DNA of 46,260 nt. Origin: Planctomycetota bacterium. GTDB taxonomy: Bacteria > Planctomycetota > Planctomycetia > Isosphaerales > Isosphaeraceae. Numbering within the stretch: the stretch's first letter is position 1; the number at the start of each line of letters is the position of its first letter. Shown here piece by piece: positions 1 to 9,738 of the stretch. The translations under genes were made by a program, and so were the position numbers. The notes below the pieces were generated by a model, which worked only from the letters and a program-made list of their open reading frames with translations, did no database searches and was not told the origin of the DNA. Location: NCBI GenBank assembly GCA_021808995.1, contig JAKBAP010000001.1, positions 1-46,260 of the forward strand. Direction: 5' to 3'.

Positions 1-2181
1 ACCCAGGAAGCCGTCGATCCGCCGGGCTGACAGCTTGAACTCGCGGGCGCTTCCCGCCCCGACTTTCGGGTTCGCCCCCTCAAGCACGACCGTGAAATCG
101 GGCCTGCGTTCGCGGATCGTCAGGGTATAGCGGAACCCGGGCCCCTCGAGCCCACGGACATCCTTGATCTTGACCAGATATTCGCCATCGGCCGGGGCCG
201 TGAAAAACAATCGCGAGTCGGTCCCCAGCTCACGGTGGGCGTCGTCGTCGTTTTCATGATAAAGCAAGAACACCGGCAATCCGTTAGGAACCAGCCTCGT
301 CCCCGGAGGATGCGGCTCGACGATATAACAGGGCTCGCCAAGGGCGTGCGCCAGCGGGGTGGTATCGAACCAGCCCCAACGACCCCCTTGGCCGGGATAA
401 ACGCCAAAGCCGGAATCCGGCCCCTCGGGATACCGCCAGAGCTTGACGACCTCGCCACTGATGTAAAGATATTCGTTGAGTCGCATCTCTTGCCAGTTGA
501 ACACGCGAAAATCGCCAGACTCGGCGTCGTTCTTGCCGCGGAACGTAAAATACGAATCGCGGGTCGCCTGCAACAGCACCCGCGGCACCCGCCCCCCGCG
601 CGAGTCGAGAACCTCGATGTGCGAATCAAGCCTGGACTTGTCCCCCTGGGTGCTCGTCTCGAGCACCCATTCCTCGCCGGCCCTCGCGGTGAACCGGAAA
701 TAATCGGCGTCGGCACGGCCCTGGCCGCCGGCGATCACCCCGCTGATCCGCGCCGGTACGGTCACGCGGTTGGCCTGGTCCGGGACGCTGTTTGGCTCGT
801 GCTCGGCCGCCGGGGCGAGCGGACGCGCGGTGGGATCCCCCCCCATGGCCGCCCCACGCGACGCGATCGGGGAAACGACAGGGGCCGACGCCGGAATCGC
901 GTACGACGCCAGCGAGCCATCCAGCCGGCCGACCTCGAACGAGCCGCCATCGGGCGCGATCGCCACCGCGGTCGGGACGTCAGGCTGGTTTTCCCAGAGC
1001 GCTTGCTCGCTATAATCACTCGTTCGCCAGACCTTGATCGTGCGATCCTCGGCCAGCGAGATCAGCCTCGACCCGTCGCGCGTGAACGCCAGCCGGGTGA
1101 TCGCCCCTTCATGAGCGAACCGCGCGATCACCATGGGGTTGATCTCCGGATTCTCGCGCGAGACAAACTTCCAGACCCGAATATTGGCGTCGGCACCGCC
1201 GGCCACGATCCAGCGCCCATCCGGGCTAAACGCACAGGAGTATTCCGCCTTGAGCGGCTGCGGTAGCGTGTCCATCCGCAGGCCATCCTCGACCCGCCAC
1301 ACCTTGCATGTGTCGTCGGCGCTGGCGCTGACCAGAAACCGCCCGTCGGGGCTGAATGCCACGTCGTACACCGCCCCCGTATGCCCCTCGAGCAAACGAG
1401 CGAGCTTGCCCGAAACCGCGTCCCAAAGGATGATGGTTTTATCATATCCACAGGTCGCGAGAACCTTGCCATCGGGAGAGAGCTCGGCGTCGTGAAGGAT
1501 GTCGCGATGCCCCTCGAATTGCTTCAGGAGCGAGCCCGAGGCGACGTCCCAGATCATCGCGACACCACCCAACCCCGCCACGCCGGAGGCCGTCACGAGC
1601 CTGTCACCCCCCGGCGTGAACCGCGCCCCGGTGACCTTACCCGGGTAATGGCCCAGCGTCCGCCCTGGCTGGGCCGATCGTGGACCGCGGCCGGCGACGA
1701 GCTCCACCATGCCGCCCCGCGCCACGGCCAAGGTCCGGCCGTCGCTCGTGAGATCCATGGCCGTGATCGGCATGGTTTTCACGCGCGTGGCGACCTTCGG
1801 CACGTTGAGCGCCAGTCGGTCGGGCGCTCCCCCCTTCGGTCCCAAGGCCCCGGCGGAGATCCAGCGCTTGACGACGTCGATTTCCCCAGTGCTCGGACGC
1901 GGCTCGTCCTTGGGCGGCATCATCGGCTTGACCGTGCTCGTCATCAGGCGAACCATGCGGCTCCCCGCCGGGTCGCCCGGCAAGATCGCGGGCCCGCGCG
2001 GCGTCCCACGCCCCAGCGAGGCGTAACTTTCCAGGGAGAATTTCCCCTCGCGATCCTCGTCGTTGTGGCAGCCGGCGCAGTATTTCTTGAGGATCGGCGC
2101 GACAGCCTTGTCGTAATCCGGGCCAGGGCCTTCCTCGGCCCCGACCGCCGCCACGACCGCCACGATCATCACCCACGACAT
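1..2181 (-). CDS. Planctomycete cytochrome c (CxxCH) + WD40 repeat + PPC-like domain protein; the 3' end runs off the window (not in the ORF track)
   Basis: Hand translation from ATG at 2181: MSWVMIVAVVAAVGAEEGPGPDYDKAVAPILKKYCAGCHN (signal peptide, CxxCH). WD40 repeats GHRDILHDAELSPDGKVLATCGYDKTIILWD and GHTGAVYDVAFSPDGRFLVSASADDTCKVW. PPC-like motifs EHEPN, DADYFRF, DSRLFFTAPADGEYLVKIKD. The same frame is still coding at position 1. Confidence 0.9.
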   Translation of the reverse strand, partial: MSWVMIVAVVAAVGAEEGPGPDYDKAVAPILKKYCAGCHNDEDREGKFSLESYASLGRGTPRGPAILPGDPAGSRMVRLMTSTVKPMMPPKDEPRPSTGEIDVVKRWISAGALGPKGGAPDRLALNVPKVATRVKTMPITAMDLTSDGRTLAVARGGMVELVAGRGPRSAQPGRTLGHYPGKVTGARFTPGGDRLVTASGVAGLGGVAMIWDVASGSLLKQFEGHRDILHDAELSPDGKVLATCGYDKTIILWDAVSGKLARLLEGHTGAVYDVAFSPDGRFLVSASADDTCKVWRVEDGLRMDTLPQPLKAEYSCAFSPDGRWIVAGGADANIRVWKFVSRENPEINPMVIARFAHEGAITRLAFTRDGSRLISLAEDRTIKVWRTSDYSEQALWENQPDVPTAVAIAPDGGSFEVGRLDGSLASYAIPASAPVVSPIASRGAAMGGDPTARPLAPAAEHEPNSVPDQANRVTVPARISGVIAGGQGRADADYFRFTARAGEEWVLETSTQGDKSRLDSHIEVLDSRGGRVPRVLLQATRDSYFTFRGKNDAESGDFRVFNWQEMRLNEYLYISGEVVKLWRYPEGPDSGFGVYPGQGGRWGWFDTTPLAHALGEPCYIVEPHPPGTRLVPNGLPVFLLYHENDDDAHRELGTDSRLFFTAPADGEYLVKIKDVRGLEGPGFRYTLTIRERRPDFTVVLEGANPKVGAGSAREFKLSARRIDGFLG

Positions 2182-2192
2182 CGGGCGTCCCT

Positions 2193-4709
2193 CTAATGGT
2201 TGAACAGGAATTCACGGCTGCTCATGAGACCCCAAAACACGTCCTCGGCGATCTCGGACTCCGCCTTATCACCCGGCGGCGGGAGCAGATCGAGCAAGCT
2301 CGCTCGCTCGCTCTCACTGGGATATCGAGATAGGCACGCCAGGTAAATCTCATCGAGAACGCTCGCGCTCGACATCCCCCGCCCGCGCAGCCGGAGCAGC
2401 TTCTCGAGTCGATTCCCCGCCGCGTGGAGCTTATCATTCAGCGTGGTGCCATTGGAAAGGTGCAGCACCTGCACCATCGTCGGCTCGTCCGATCGCTCGC
2501 ATTCGCAGACGATTCTGCGTGGGTTGCGCCCGAACGTCTGGAGAAAGTAATTCTCGACGGCGGCGTCGTAAAGCTGCACCGCCCGCGTCCCGAGGGGATA
2601 GAAATCGGTCTTTTCCCGGTCGGCGCCAGGGAACGCGATGAAGTCAAACTTGGTCGGAACCTCGGTCGCCTGCACGATCGCGTCGTGCAGCACCTCGGCC
2701 ATCATCCGCCGGGGGTAATAGCGCGAATAGAACCGTTGCTCCAGGCGATTACCGGGCAAGGGGCGGCTCGTGCGCTGATAGGCGTTGGAACGCAGAATCG
2801 CCCGCATCAGCGCCTTCAGATCGTAATGATTGGCCGTCAGGTAATCGGCGGCCGCCGAGAGCAAGCCGTCGTTGCTGGCGGGGTTTGAAACCCGCATGTC
2901 GTCGACCTTTTCCACCAGCCCGACCCCGAAATAATTGGCCCAGACGCGGTTGGCGATCGAGCGCGCGAAATAGGGATTGCCAGGCTTGGTCAGCCACCGG
3001 GCCAGGCTCGCGCGGCGATCGGCCGGATCGTCGAAATCAAGTGGCCTTTGGTCGAGCGCCGCGGGTGCCTGGGGCTTGCCGGTTCGTGGCTGGACCAGCT
3101 CGCCCGACTCGGCCACGTAGATCGTCCGCCGCCCGTCGCCCGACCGACCCTCGCCCCCCCAGCCCTTGGCCTTGACCCGCGAAAACAGGCTCGCCATCCC
3201 GTAATACTGATCATTGGTCCATTTTTCGAGCGGGTGATTGTGGCACTTCGCACACCCGATCGAGAGCCCCATGAACGCCTGGCAGACGTTCTCGGACATC
3301 TCCTCGGGCGATTGGCTGAGCGTGTAAAAATTCGTGGGGCCGCTTTCCAGGCTATCGCCGACGGCCGTCACGACCGCGCCGGCGAACCGGTCCCAGGGGA
3401 CGTTGTCGGAGACTTGCTTGTGAATCCAATCGTAGTAAGCCTTGAGCGCCTGGGGGCGGAGCCGGGTCCCGCTCAGCATCAAGACGTCGGACCATTTGTA
3501 GCTCCAGTAATCGCTGAACTCGGGCCGAGCCAGGAGCGACTCGATGAGCGCGTCGCGCCGGCCTGGCGAGCCATCGGCGAGAAACGCCCGCGCCTCGTCC
3601 ACGCTCGGAAGCCGCCCGATCGTGTCCACGTAGGACCTCCGAACGAACTCGGCGTCGGTACACGCCGGCGAGGCGGGGAGGTTCAGCCTGGCCAGTTGCT
3701 TGTCGATCTGTTGATCGATGAAATTCCGCGGTTGGCGGTCGTCGACGACCTGGCCGGCCGACGCGGGCGCTCCCTCGTACGGCACGGTGAGCCGCGCGAT
3801 GGCGAGCTTGCTCGCGTACCAGCCCACGATCGCTCCCTCCCCGGGGCCGATCACCTGGGCGGAGCCATGGTCGTCGACGCGGCAGACCGACTCGTCGGCG
3901 GACGACCATTTCACCCATCGCGTGACGTCCTCCGTCCGGCCGTCGGAGTACCGGGCCCGGGCCAGGATTCGCTGGCTCCGACCAACCGCCGCGAGCGACC
4001 GGGCCGGCAGGATCTCGATCCCCTCGACCGAGGCGTCCCGCTGGGACGGAGGGGCCGTTCCCTCGCCGATCCATTCGCTCAGGATGCGATATTCGAGCGA
4101 GCTTGTCTCGAACCGCGTGCCCCCCTTATGGCTGATCGCCCCCGAGGGCTTCGCCAGGAACAAGCTCCGGCCCGGGTCGGAAAGCTCGACCCGCCGCCCA
4201 CGGTCTTGCTTGACGATGTTGAAATAATCGGCCGCCGGGTCATAGCCCCGTAGCGAGAGCCGAAACCCTCCCTTACCCGCGAGCGCGCCATGACACGCGC
4301 CCGAGTTGCACCCCTCCTTCGCGAGCACCGGCAGGACATGGTTGCGAAAGCTCCAGGCGAACGGCCGGCCAGTCCCCTCGACGACGACCTGGGCGGTCGC
4401 GATTCGGCCCGCGACCTTCGCCGTGATCGTGGCCCTGCCATCATGGACGGGGCTCACGACGCCGTCGACCACGACGGCGATCCTGGGGTCGCTCGTCGTC
4501 CATTCGATGCCGTTCGTCGCCTGCCGCCCGACCTCGCCACGCTCGATTTCCTGGACGATCAAGGGCTGCCGGCTCGCGGGCGTCGCCAGGGTGAATTCGC
4601 CGGGAAGCACGACCAATCCCTCGGATGCCGCGGCCAGCGCGGGCGCGGCCGGCGAACAGCCGATCAAGATACCGAGGATAAGCTCGATTCGGATCTTCAT
4701 GCGTATCAC
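2193..4709 (-). CDS. DUF1549/DUF1553 (PSCyt2/PSD1) domain protein with Ig-like repeats; start may be 4700
   Basis: Signal peptide, GCNSGACHG, RNFIDQQI, CAKCHNHP, NPYFARSIANRVW, C-terminal SREFLFNH, all typical of this planctomycete family. Confidence 0.9.
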   Translation of the reverse strand: MIRMKIRIELILGILIGCSPAAPALAAASEGLVVLPGEFTLATPASRQPLIVQEIERGEVGRQATNGIEWTTSDPRIAVVVDGVVSPVHDGRATITAKVAGRIATAQVVVEGTGRPFAWSFRNHVLPVLAKEGCNSGACHGALAGKGGFRLSLRGYDPAADYFNIVKQDRGRRVELSDPGRSLFLAKPSGAISHKGGTRFETSSLEYRILSEWIGEGTAPPSQRDASVEGIEILPARSLAAVGRSQRILARARYSDGRTEDVTRWVKWSSADESVCRVDDHGSAQVIGPGEGAIVGWYASKLAIARLTVPYEGAPASAGQVVDDRQPRNFIDQQIDKQLARLNLPASPACTDAEFVRRSYVDTIGRLPSVDEARAFLADGSPGRRDALIESLLARPEFSDYWSYKWSDVLMLSGTRLRPQALKAYYDWIHKQVSDNVPWDRFAGAVVTAVGDSLESGPTNFYTLSQSPEEMSENVCQAFMGLSIGCAKCHNHPLEKWTNDQYYGMASLFSRVKAKGWGGEGRSGDGRRTIYVAESGELVQPRTGKPQAPAALDQRPLDFDDPADRRASLARWLTKPGNPYFARSIANRVWANYFGVGLVEKVDDMRVSNPASNDGLLSAAADYLTANHYDLKALMRAILRSNAYQRTSRPLPGNRLEQRFYSRYYPRRMMAEVLHDAIVQATEVPTKFDFIAFPGADREKTDFYPLGTRAVQLYDAAVENYFLQTFGRNPRRIVCECERSDEPTMVQVLHLSNGTTLNDKLHAAGNRLEKLLRLRGRGMSSASVLDEIYLACLSRYPSESERASLLDLLPPPGDKAESEIAEDVFWGLMSSREFLFNH

Positions 4710-6086
4710 CTAGAAGAGTTCGTGAATCTCGCGATGTCCGAAATCGACCAACGGGAAGGGGCGGCCGGCCGGGCCGGGAAGCTTGGTTTCAAGGTCAAGG
4801 CCCAGGCTGTGGAAGATCGTGGCGGCGATATCGGCCGGCTCGACGGGCCGATCGGCGGGGACCGCCCCGATCGGATCGCTCGCCCCGATCACGCGGCCCC
4901 CTTGCACGCCCCCCCCCGCGAATCCCACGGTATAGCAAAGGGGCCAGTGGTCGCGCCCGCCAGCGGGGTTGACCCGGGGCGTGCGGCCGAATTCGGCGAG
5001 GTTGCAGACCAGGGTCGAATCCAGCAGCCCACGCTGGGCGAGGTCCTCGATGAGCGCGCTATAGGCCTGGTCGTACATCGGGCAGACGATGTCGCGCATC
5101 CCCTCGATCGAGGTAAATGGCTTTGAGCCGTGGATATCCCAGGTGATCTCGTCGAACACCGTCAGGAAGGCGTTGATGGTGACGAACCGCACTCCGCTCT
5201 CGACCAGCCGTCGGGCCAGCAGGCAGCACTGGCCGAATCGGGTCATTCCATAGCGATCGCGGGTGGCGGCTGGTTCCTGGGCCAGGTCAAAGGCCGCTCG
5301 TGCCTGGGTGCTGGTCATGAGGCGAAAGGCCGACTGAAAATTGCCGTCCAGAAGGGCGGCGTTCTCGGAGGATTCGAACGTGGAGACGGCGTCATCGACC
5401 AGTTCGCGGATTTTCCGCCGACGGTCCAGCCGGACGTTACCGATTTCCTTGGGTGGGAGCAGGTCGGGCACGCGGAAGCCAGGCTGGGAGGGGTCGGCGT
5501 TGAGCGAAAACGGGTCGTGGGCTTTACCCAGGAAGCCCCCGGCCTGGCCATTGGGCAGGTTGCCGCCGCCACGCCCCATGAGCTCGGGAAGCACGACAAA
5601 CGGCGGCAGATCGGTCTTGCGCCCTTCCAGATAGGCGACGGCCGACCCAAGATGCGGCGTATTGACCCCGCCAGTGAAGAGCCGGCCGGTTTGCATCATC
5701 TGCCAGCCCGCGTCGTGGACGGCCGCGCCGCCGTGGTGGACCGAACGCACCAGCGAAAACTTATCGGCGATCGCGGCGTGCCGGGGCAGGATCTCGGAGA
5801 CCTGGATCTGGGGCGACAGGGTGGCGATCGGCTTGAACGGACCTCGCACCTCGGCGGGCGCGTCGGGCTTCATGTCCCAGAGATCCATGTTGCTAGGCGC
5901 GCCCAGATTGAAAATCATGATGCACGCCCGGTCGTCCTTGCCCGCCTTGACTCCGCCGGCCGCTTGGGCCGCGTACCATTCGGGAAGCCCAAACCCGATC
6001 GCCCCGAGCGTGCCAACCCGCAAGAAATCGCGCCTGGTCGCGCCGTCGCACGTCGAGGTGTGGCCCCGGCCAGTCAACGTGAGCAT
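4710..6086 (-). CDS. DUF1501 domain protein (Tat signal)
   Basis: AAGGAGGAG RBS before ATG 6086; TRRDFLRVG twin-arginine motif; DLWDMKPDAP, LLARRLVESGVRFV, WDIHG, EFGRTPRVN, GRDHW motifs. Confidence 0.93.
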   Translation of the reverse strand: MLTLTGRGHTSTCDGATRRDFLRVGTLGAIGFGLPEWYAAQAAGGVKAGKDDRACIMIFNLGAPSNMDLWDMKPDAPAEVRGPFKPIATLSPQIQVSEILPRHAAIADKFSLVRSVHHGGAAVHDAGWQMMQTGRLFTGGVNTPHLGSAVAYLEGRKTDLPPFVVLPELMGRGGGNLPNGQAGGFLGKAHDPFSLNADPSQPGFRVPDLLPPKEIGNVRLDRRRKIRELVDDAVSTFESSENAALLDGNFQSAFRLMTSTQARAAFDLAQEPAATRDRYGMTRFGQCCLLARRLVESGVRFVTINAFLTVFDEITWDIHGSKPFTSIEGMRDIVCPMYDQAYSALIEDLAQRGLLDSTLVCNLAEFGRTPRVNPAGGRDHWPLCYTVGFAGGGVQGGRVIGASDPIGAVPADRPVEPADIAATIFHSLGLDLETKLPGPAGRPFPLVDFGHREIHELF

Positions 6087-6370
6087 GCGAAAACTCCTCC
6101 TTCGACCCTGCCACGGCCCCGGGAATGCGATCGTCGCGTCCCCGGGCCCAGGACGGACGTTCAAGGCGGGTGTGCGCCGAGATAGCCTCAGCCTATACCC
6201 TTATACCCTCCCAGCCCAAGCCTGGCCAACAGGATCGTGCTCCGTCTTCGTGTTTTTCGAGTTCTCCCGTGACCGCCAGCCACGCGCCACGGGTGCTTTG
6301 GGAAGGTCGAGCGGGTACGCTATGGTCCGTTGGAATGGTGATCCCCCTTCAGGAACGCCGCTGGAGTGAA

Positions 6371-6943
6371 GTGACGCGGATCTCCTCGAGCTTGAACTCG
6401 CCGCTTGCCGCGCCTGGGCTTGCCCCTCATCCCTCGCCCGAGATCCTGGGCGGCCTCTTTCGCATGACCGTTGCCCAGTACGAGCGCATGGTCGAATCGG
6501 GCGCTCTGGACGGCCTGCCCGGCGAATTGATCGCCGGCTTGCTGGTCAGGATAATCAGCGAAAACCACCGCATGTCATCGCTTGCGAGCCGCTTCTCGAC
6601 TCGCTCTTGCCCTTGATCCTGCCCGGTCGCCGCCGAGGGCGAGCTCTTGATTGAGGTCGGGGAAACCACCCTCGCGCGGGATCGCGGCGACAAACAGCGG
6701 GCTTACGCACGAGGTGGCGTGCGAATCCGCTGGATTGTCAATCTGGTCGATCGCCGGCTCGAGGTCCACTCTCGCCCCTCCACCGAGGGCTATCGGGACC
6801 GGCTCGTCCTGACGGCGTCCTCGTGCGTCTCGGTCTCCATCGGCGATCGGGGGGTCGGCCAGATCACCGTCGCCGCTTTCTTGCCTCCAGGCGGTCCAGC
6901 CCCGGGAACGTGTTCGCGGATGAAACGAAGAGAGGCTCGATGA
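6371..6943 (+). pseudogene. Uma2-family (PD-(D/E)xK-like) endonuclease, disrupted
   Basis: Three pieces in alternating frames: FRMTVAQYERMVESGALD...ELIAGLLV; KPPHVIACE (shift near 6560); LLIEVGETTLARDRGDKQRAYARGGVRIRWIVNLVDRRLEVH (shift near 6625). The central EPD segment is missing. Confidence 0.8.
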
Positions 6944-7178
6944 TCGGTTGTTGGGCGAGAAAGCTGGCTGAAATCAGCCGTCTGGACCCTGGAGGACGGC
7001 TCTGGGCTCAAGGAGCCTTCCCTTGACGGACCCGGAATGCTCGCCTGACCACGGACGTGAGTTCGTGGTCACCGATCGCGCCGCCGCGTCACGTTCAATC
7101 ACGACTTTCAACGATCCGCCAGAATCCGTTGGCGCGCCCGCTGAAACCCTCCGCGGAGCTTCAAGTGGTCTTGAAGCA

Positions 7179-7208
7179 TTGACGGAACCCTGAATCGTCT
7201 GCTAAGTT
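7179..7208 (+). promoter_or_regulatory. Putative sigma70 promoter for tRNA-Ser
   Basis: TTGACG-N18-TAAGTT with an extended -10 TG at 7200-7201, about 60 bp upstream of the tRNA. Confidence 0.55.
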
Positions 7209-7266
7209 TCGAGGGAATCAACCATTGGTATGTGGAGCGACCCCATCGGGACCCGCTCCTTGACCA

Positions 7267-7355
7267 GGAGAGGTGGCTGAGTGGTCGATAGCGACGGTTT
7301 GCTAAACCGTTAAACTGGGAAACCGGTTTCGGGGGTTCGAATCCCCCCCTCTCCG
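7267..7355 (+). tRNA. tRNA-Ser(GCT)
   Basis: GGAGAGG/CCTCTCC acceptor stem, ACGGT-TTGCTAA-ACCGT anticodon arm, long variable arm, GGTTCGAATCC T-loop, discriminator G; CCA not encoded. Confidence 0.96.
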
Positions 7356-7375
7356 TTAACCGCGACGCGGGGCGA

Positions 7376-8842
7376 TCATCCCTTGATCACCCCGACGGGC
7401 CGCAGGCGGGCGACTTTTCGCGAGATACCGGCCCGCTCGACCACGTCGACCACCATGTCGACGTCCTTGTAAGCGTCCGGCTGTTCCTCGGCCAGGCCTT
7501 TCGCGCCGCGAGCCCGGGCGAAGATCCCCAGTTTTTCGAGCTCCTGGTCGATCCGCCGCGAGCCGGCGTGCTTGACGGCGGCCGTTCGGCTCATGCGCCG
7601 GCCGGCGCCGTGGCAGGTGGTGCCGAATGAGTGTTGCATGCTCCCCGGCTCACCCGCCAGGACCCAGCTCGCCGTTCCCATGCTCCCGGGAATGATCACG
7701 GGCTGACCGATCGTGGCATAGGCGGCCGGGACCTCGGGATGGCCGGCGGGAAACGCGCGTGTCGCCCCTTTTCGGTGGACGCAGACGGGCCTCGAAATCC
7801 CGGCGGAGACGGTGTGGTCCTCGATCTTGGCGATGTTATGGGCGACGTCGTAGACCAGGTCGAGCCCGAGCTCCTCCCAGGAGCGCTCGAACACCCCGGC
7901 GAACACGCCTCGCGCCAGGTGGGCGAGCAAGTGCCGGTTGGCCCAGGCGTAATTCGCGGCCGCGCGCATGGCGGCCAGATACGCCTGGCCCTCGGGGCTC
8001 GAGACCGGCGCGCAGGCGAGCTGGCGGTCGGGGAGCTTGAACCCATAGCGCTCGGGAGCTCCCTCAAAGGCAGCCAGATAATCGTCGCACACCTGATAGC
8101 CCAGCCCGCGCGAGCCAGAGTGGATCAGGACGGTGAGCATCCCCTCCTCGAGCCCCATCGCCTGGGCCGCCACTCGATCGTGGACGCGGTCGACCACCTG
8201 CACCTCCAGGAAGTGATTTCCCGAGCCCAGCGTGCCGCACTGGTCGCGGCCACGCAACAGCGCCCGGGCGCTCACCCGGCTGGGGTCGGCCCCTTCGAGA
8301 CAGCCTCCAGCCTCGGTCGCGATCAGGTCGGCGGGGGTTCCGATACCTCGCGCGACGAAGTGGGCGGGACCATCCAGGAGCACCTGCTTGATCTCGGCCT
8401 CCTCAAGGATGAACCTGCCCCCTTGGCCGACGCCGGTCGGAACATGGCGAAAAAGCTCGTCGATCAGCCGCTTGATGGTCCCCTTAACCTCGCTGTAGGC
8501 GATCTTGCTGCGGAGCAGGCGCACACCGCAATTGATGTCGTACCCCACGCCACCGGGCGAGATCACGCCGCCGTCCGCGGGATCGGTGGCGGCGACGCCG
8601 CCGATACAGAATCCATAGCCCCAGTGAATGTCGGGCATTGCCAGGCTGGCCTTCTGGATGCCCGGCAGGGTCGCCACGTTCACGACTTGCTCGAGCGCCT
8701 GGTCTTCCCGCACCGACTGGATCAACTCCGCCGAGGCGAATACCAGCCCGTCGACCCGCATCTCCGCGCGATAGCTCTGGGGAATCCGCCACAGGCACGG
8801 GCCCGCTTGCTCGAGCGGCCCCTCAAATCGATTCCTGGCCAT
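7376..8842 (-). CDS. rtcB: RtcB family RNA ligase
   Basis: MPDIHWGYGFCIGG, GYDINCGVRL, GSGNHFLEV, HSGSRGLG, HNIAK, HRKGAT, HGAGR motifs; AAGGAG RBS before ATG 8842. Confidence 0.96.
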   Translation of the reverse strand: MARNRFEGPLEQAGPCLWRIPQSYRAEMRVDGLVFASAELIQSVREDQALEQVVNVATLPGIQKASLAMPDIHWGYGFCIGGVAATDPADGGVISPGGVGYDINCGVRLLRSKIAYSEVKGTIKRLIDELFRHVPTGVGQGGRFILEEAEIKQVLLDGPAHFVARGIGTPADLIATEAGGCLEGADPSRVSARALLRGRDQCGTLGSGNHFLEVQVVDRVHDRVAAQAMGLEEGMLTVLIHSGSRGLGYQVCDDYLAAFEGAPERYGFKLPDRQLACAPVSSPEGQAYLAAMRAAANYAWANRHLLAHLARGVFAGVFERSWEELGLDLVYDVAHNIAKIEDHTVSAGISRPVCVHRKGATRAFPAGHPEVPAAYATIGQPVIIPGSMGTASWVLAGEPGSMQHSFGTTCHGAGRRMSRTAAVKHAGSRRIDQELEKLGIFARARGAKGLAEEQPDAYKDVDMVVDVVERAGISRKVARLRPVGVIKG

Positions 8843-9097
8843 CGCGGTCTCCTTGCTCCTGAAGCTCAAGACAAAAATCACGGGCCGATGAAACCCTGGC
8901 CTCGCTACGAAATGGACTGCGATCGAGCCATAAGGTTCGCAAGCCCTCGCGCCATGTCGGCGCTCCCTCTTGGCCTCGGCCATGGTGCGAGCGTGGCCAA
9001 GATCCGCGGAACGGTATCCGTATTAACAGAAAACCTGGTCGATCATAGGATTCCGCGCGAATCGGTGGGACCAATTTGTGAATGGGGAGGGAGTCGC

Positions 9098-9669
9098 GTG
9101 GTCAAGAAATGGACGACGATCGTCGTGATTCTAGGCCTGACTTACGTCGTGCCCATGCCCTGGCCGGGGGCGATAAGCCCGATCGGGATGGATTCATCAC
9201 CCAGGTCGGCACATACCGGCTCTATCACGGGAAGTTCACGTTGAGGTTCTTCGAGAACAAGGGGAAGCTCAACTACGAGGAAGTTGGCACGATCCGGAAG
9301 TTTTGGCTCCCCTTCATCAAGTATGAGGAGGCTTGGTCCGGCGGGCCCGCGGATCCTTGGATCGAAAAAGGTCCAAACTGGTTCGCCTTCGCGGAGTCTC
9401 CCAAGGAGCGGTCGCCCCAGGCCGTTTGGATCTATAGCGGGCGCGACAAACTCCAATACTTGAAGTGGGATCCAGCGCCTCAGGGAAACGATTTGGAGCC
9501 TGGAACCCTCCTGTGCACGCAGTACGAGTTTGACCCCGATACGTTCCCCTCGATCGTGAATAACGTCCCGAGGGCGGTTCTGGATCGGCTGCCGCCCTCG
9601 TTCAAGAAAAAGTGCGAGGTCAGGCCGCGGCTCGCCGCGAGCGTTCCCTCCAGGCCCGTTGCCCGATAG
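9098..9669 (+). pseudogene. Exported hypothetical protein, apparently frameshifted just after the signal peptide
   Basis: GGAGGGAG RBS then GTG 9098 reads MVKKWTTIVVILGLTYV. The AHALA/GGDK cleavage site and mature body lie in a different frame from 9151 to the stop at 9669. Confidence 0.6.
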
Positions 9670-9738
9670 AATGCGCTGAGGAGATCCACCATGCCCACGA
9701 TTACACGCTGACCGAGGACGGAGTCAACGGGACCTGAC

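Noticed and set aside
235..2196. Long + strand ORFs 235-1266 and 1381-2196
   Set aside because: Antisense shadows of the minus-strand cytochrome c/WD40 gene, common in high-GC DNA.
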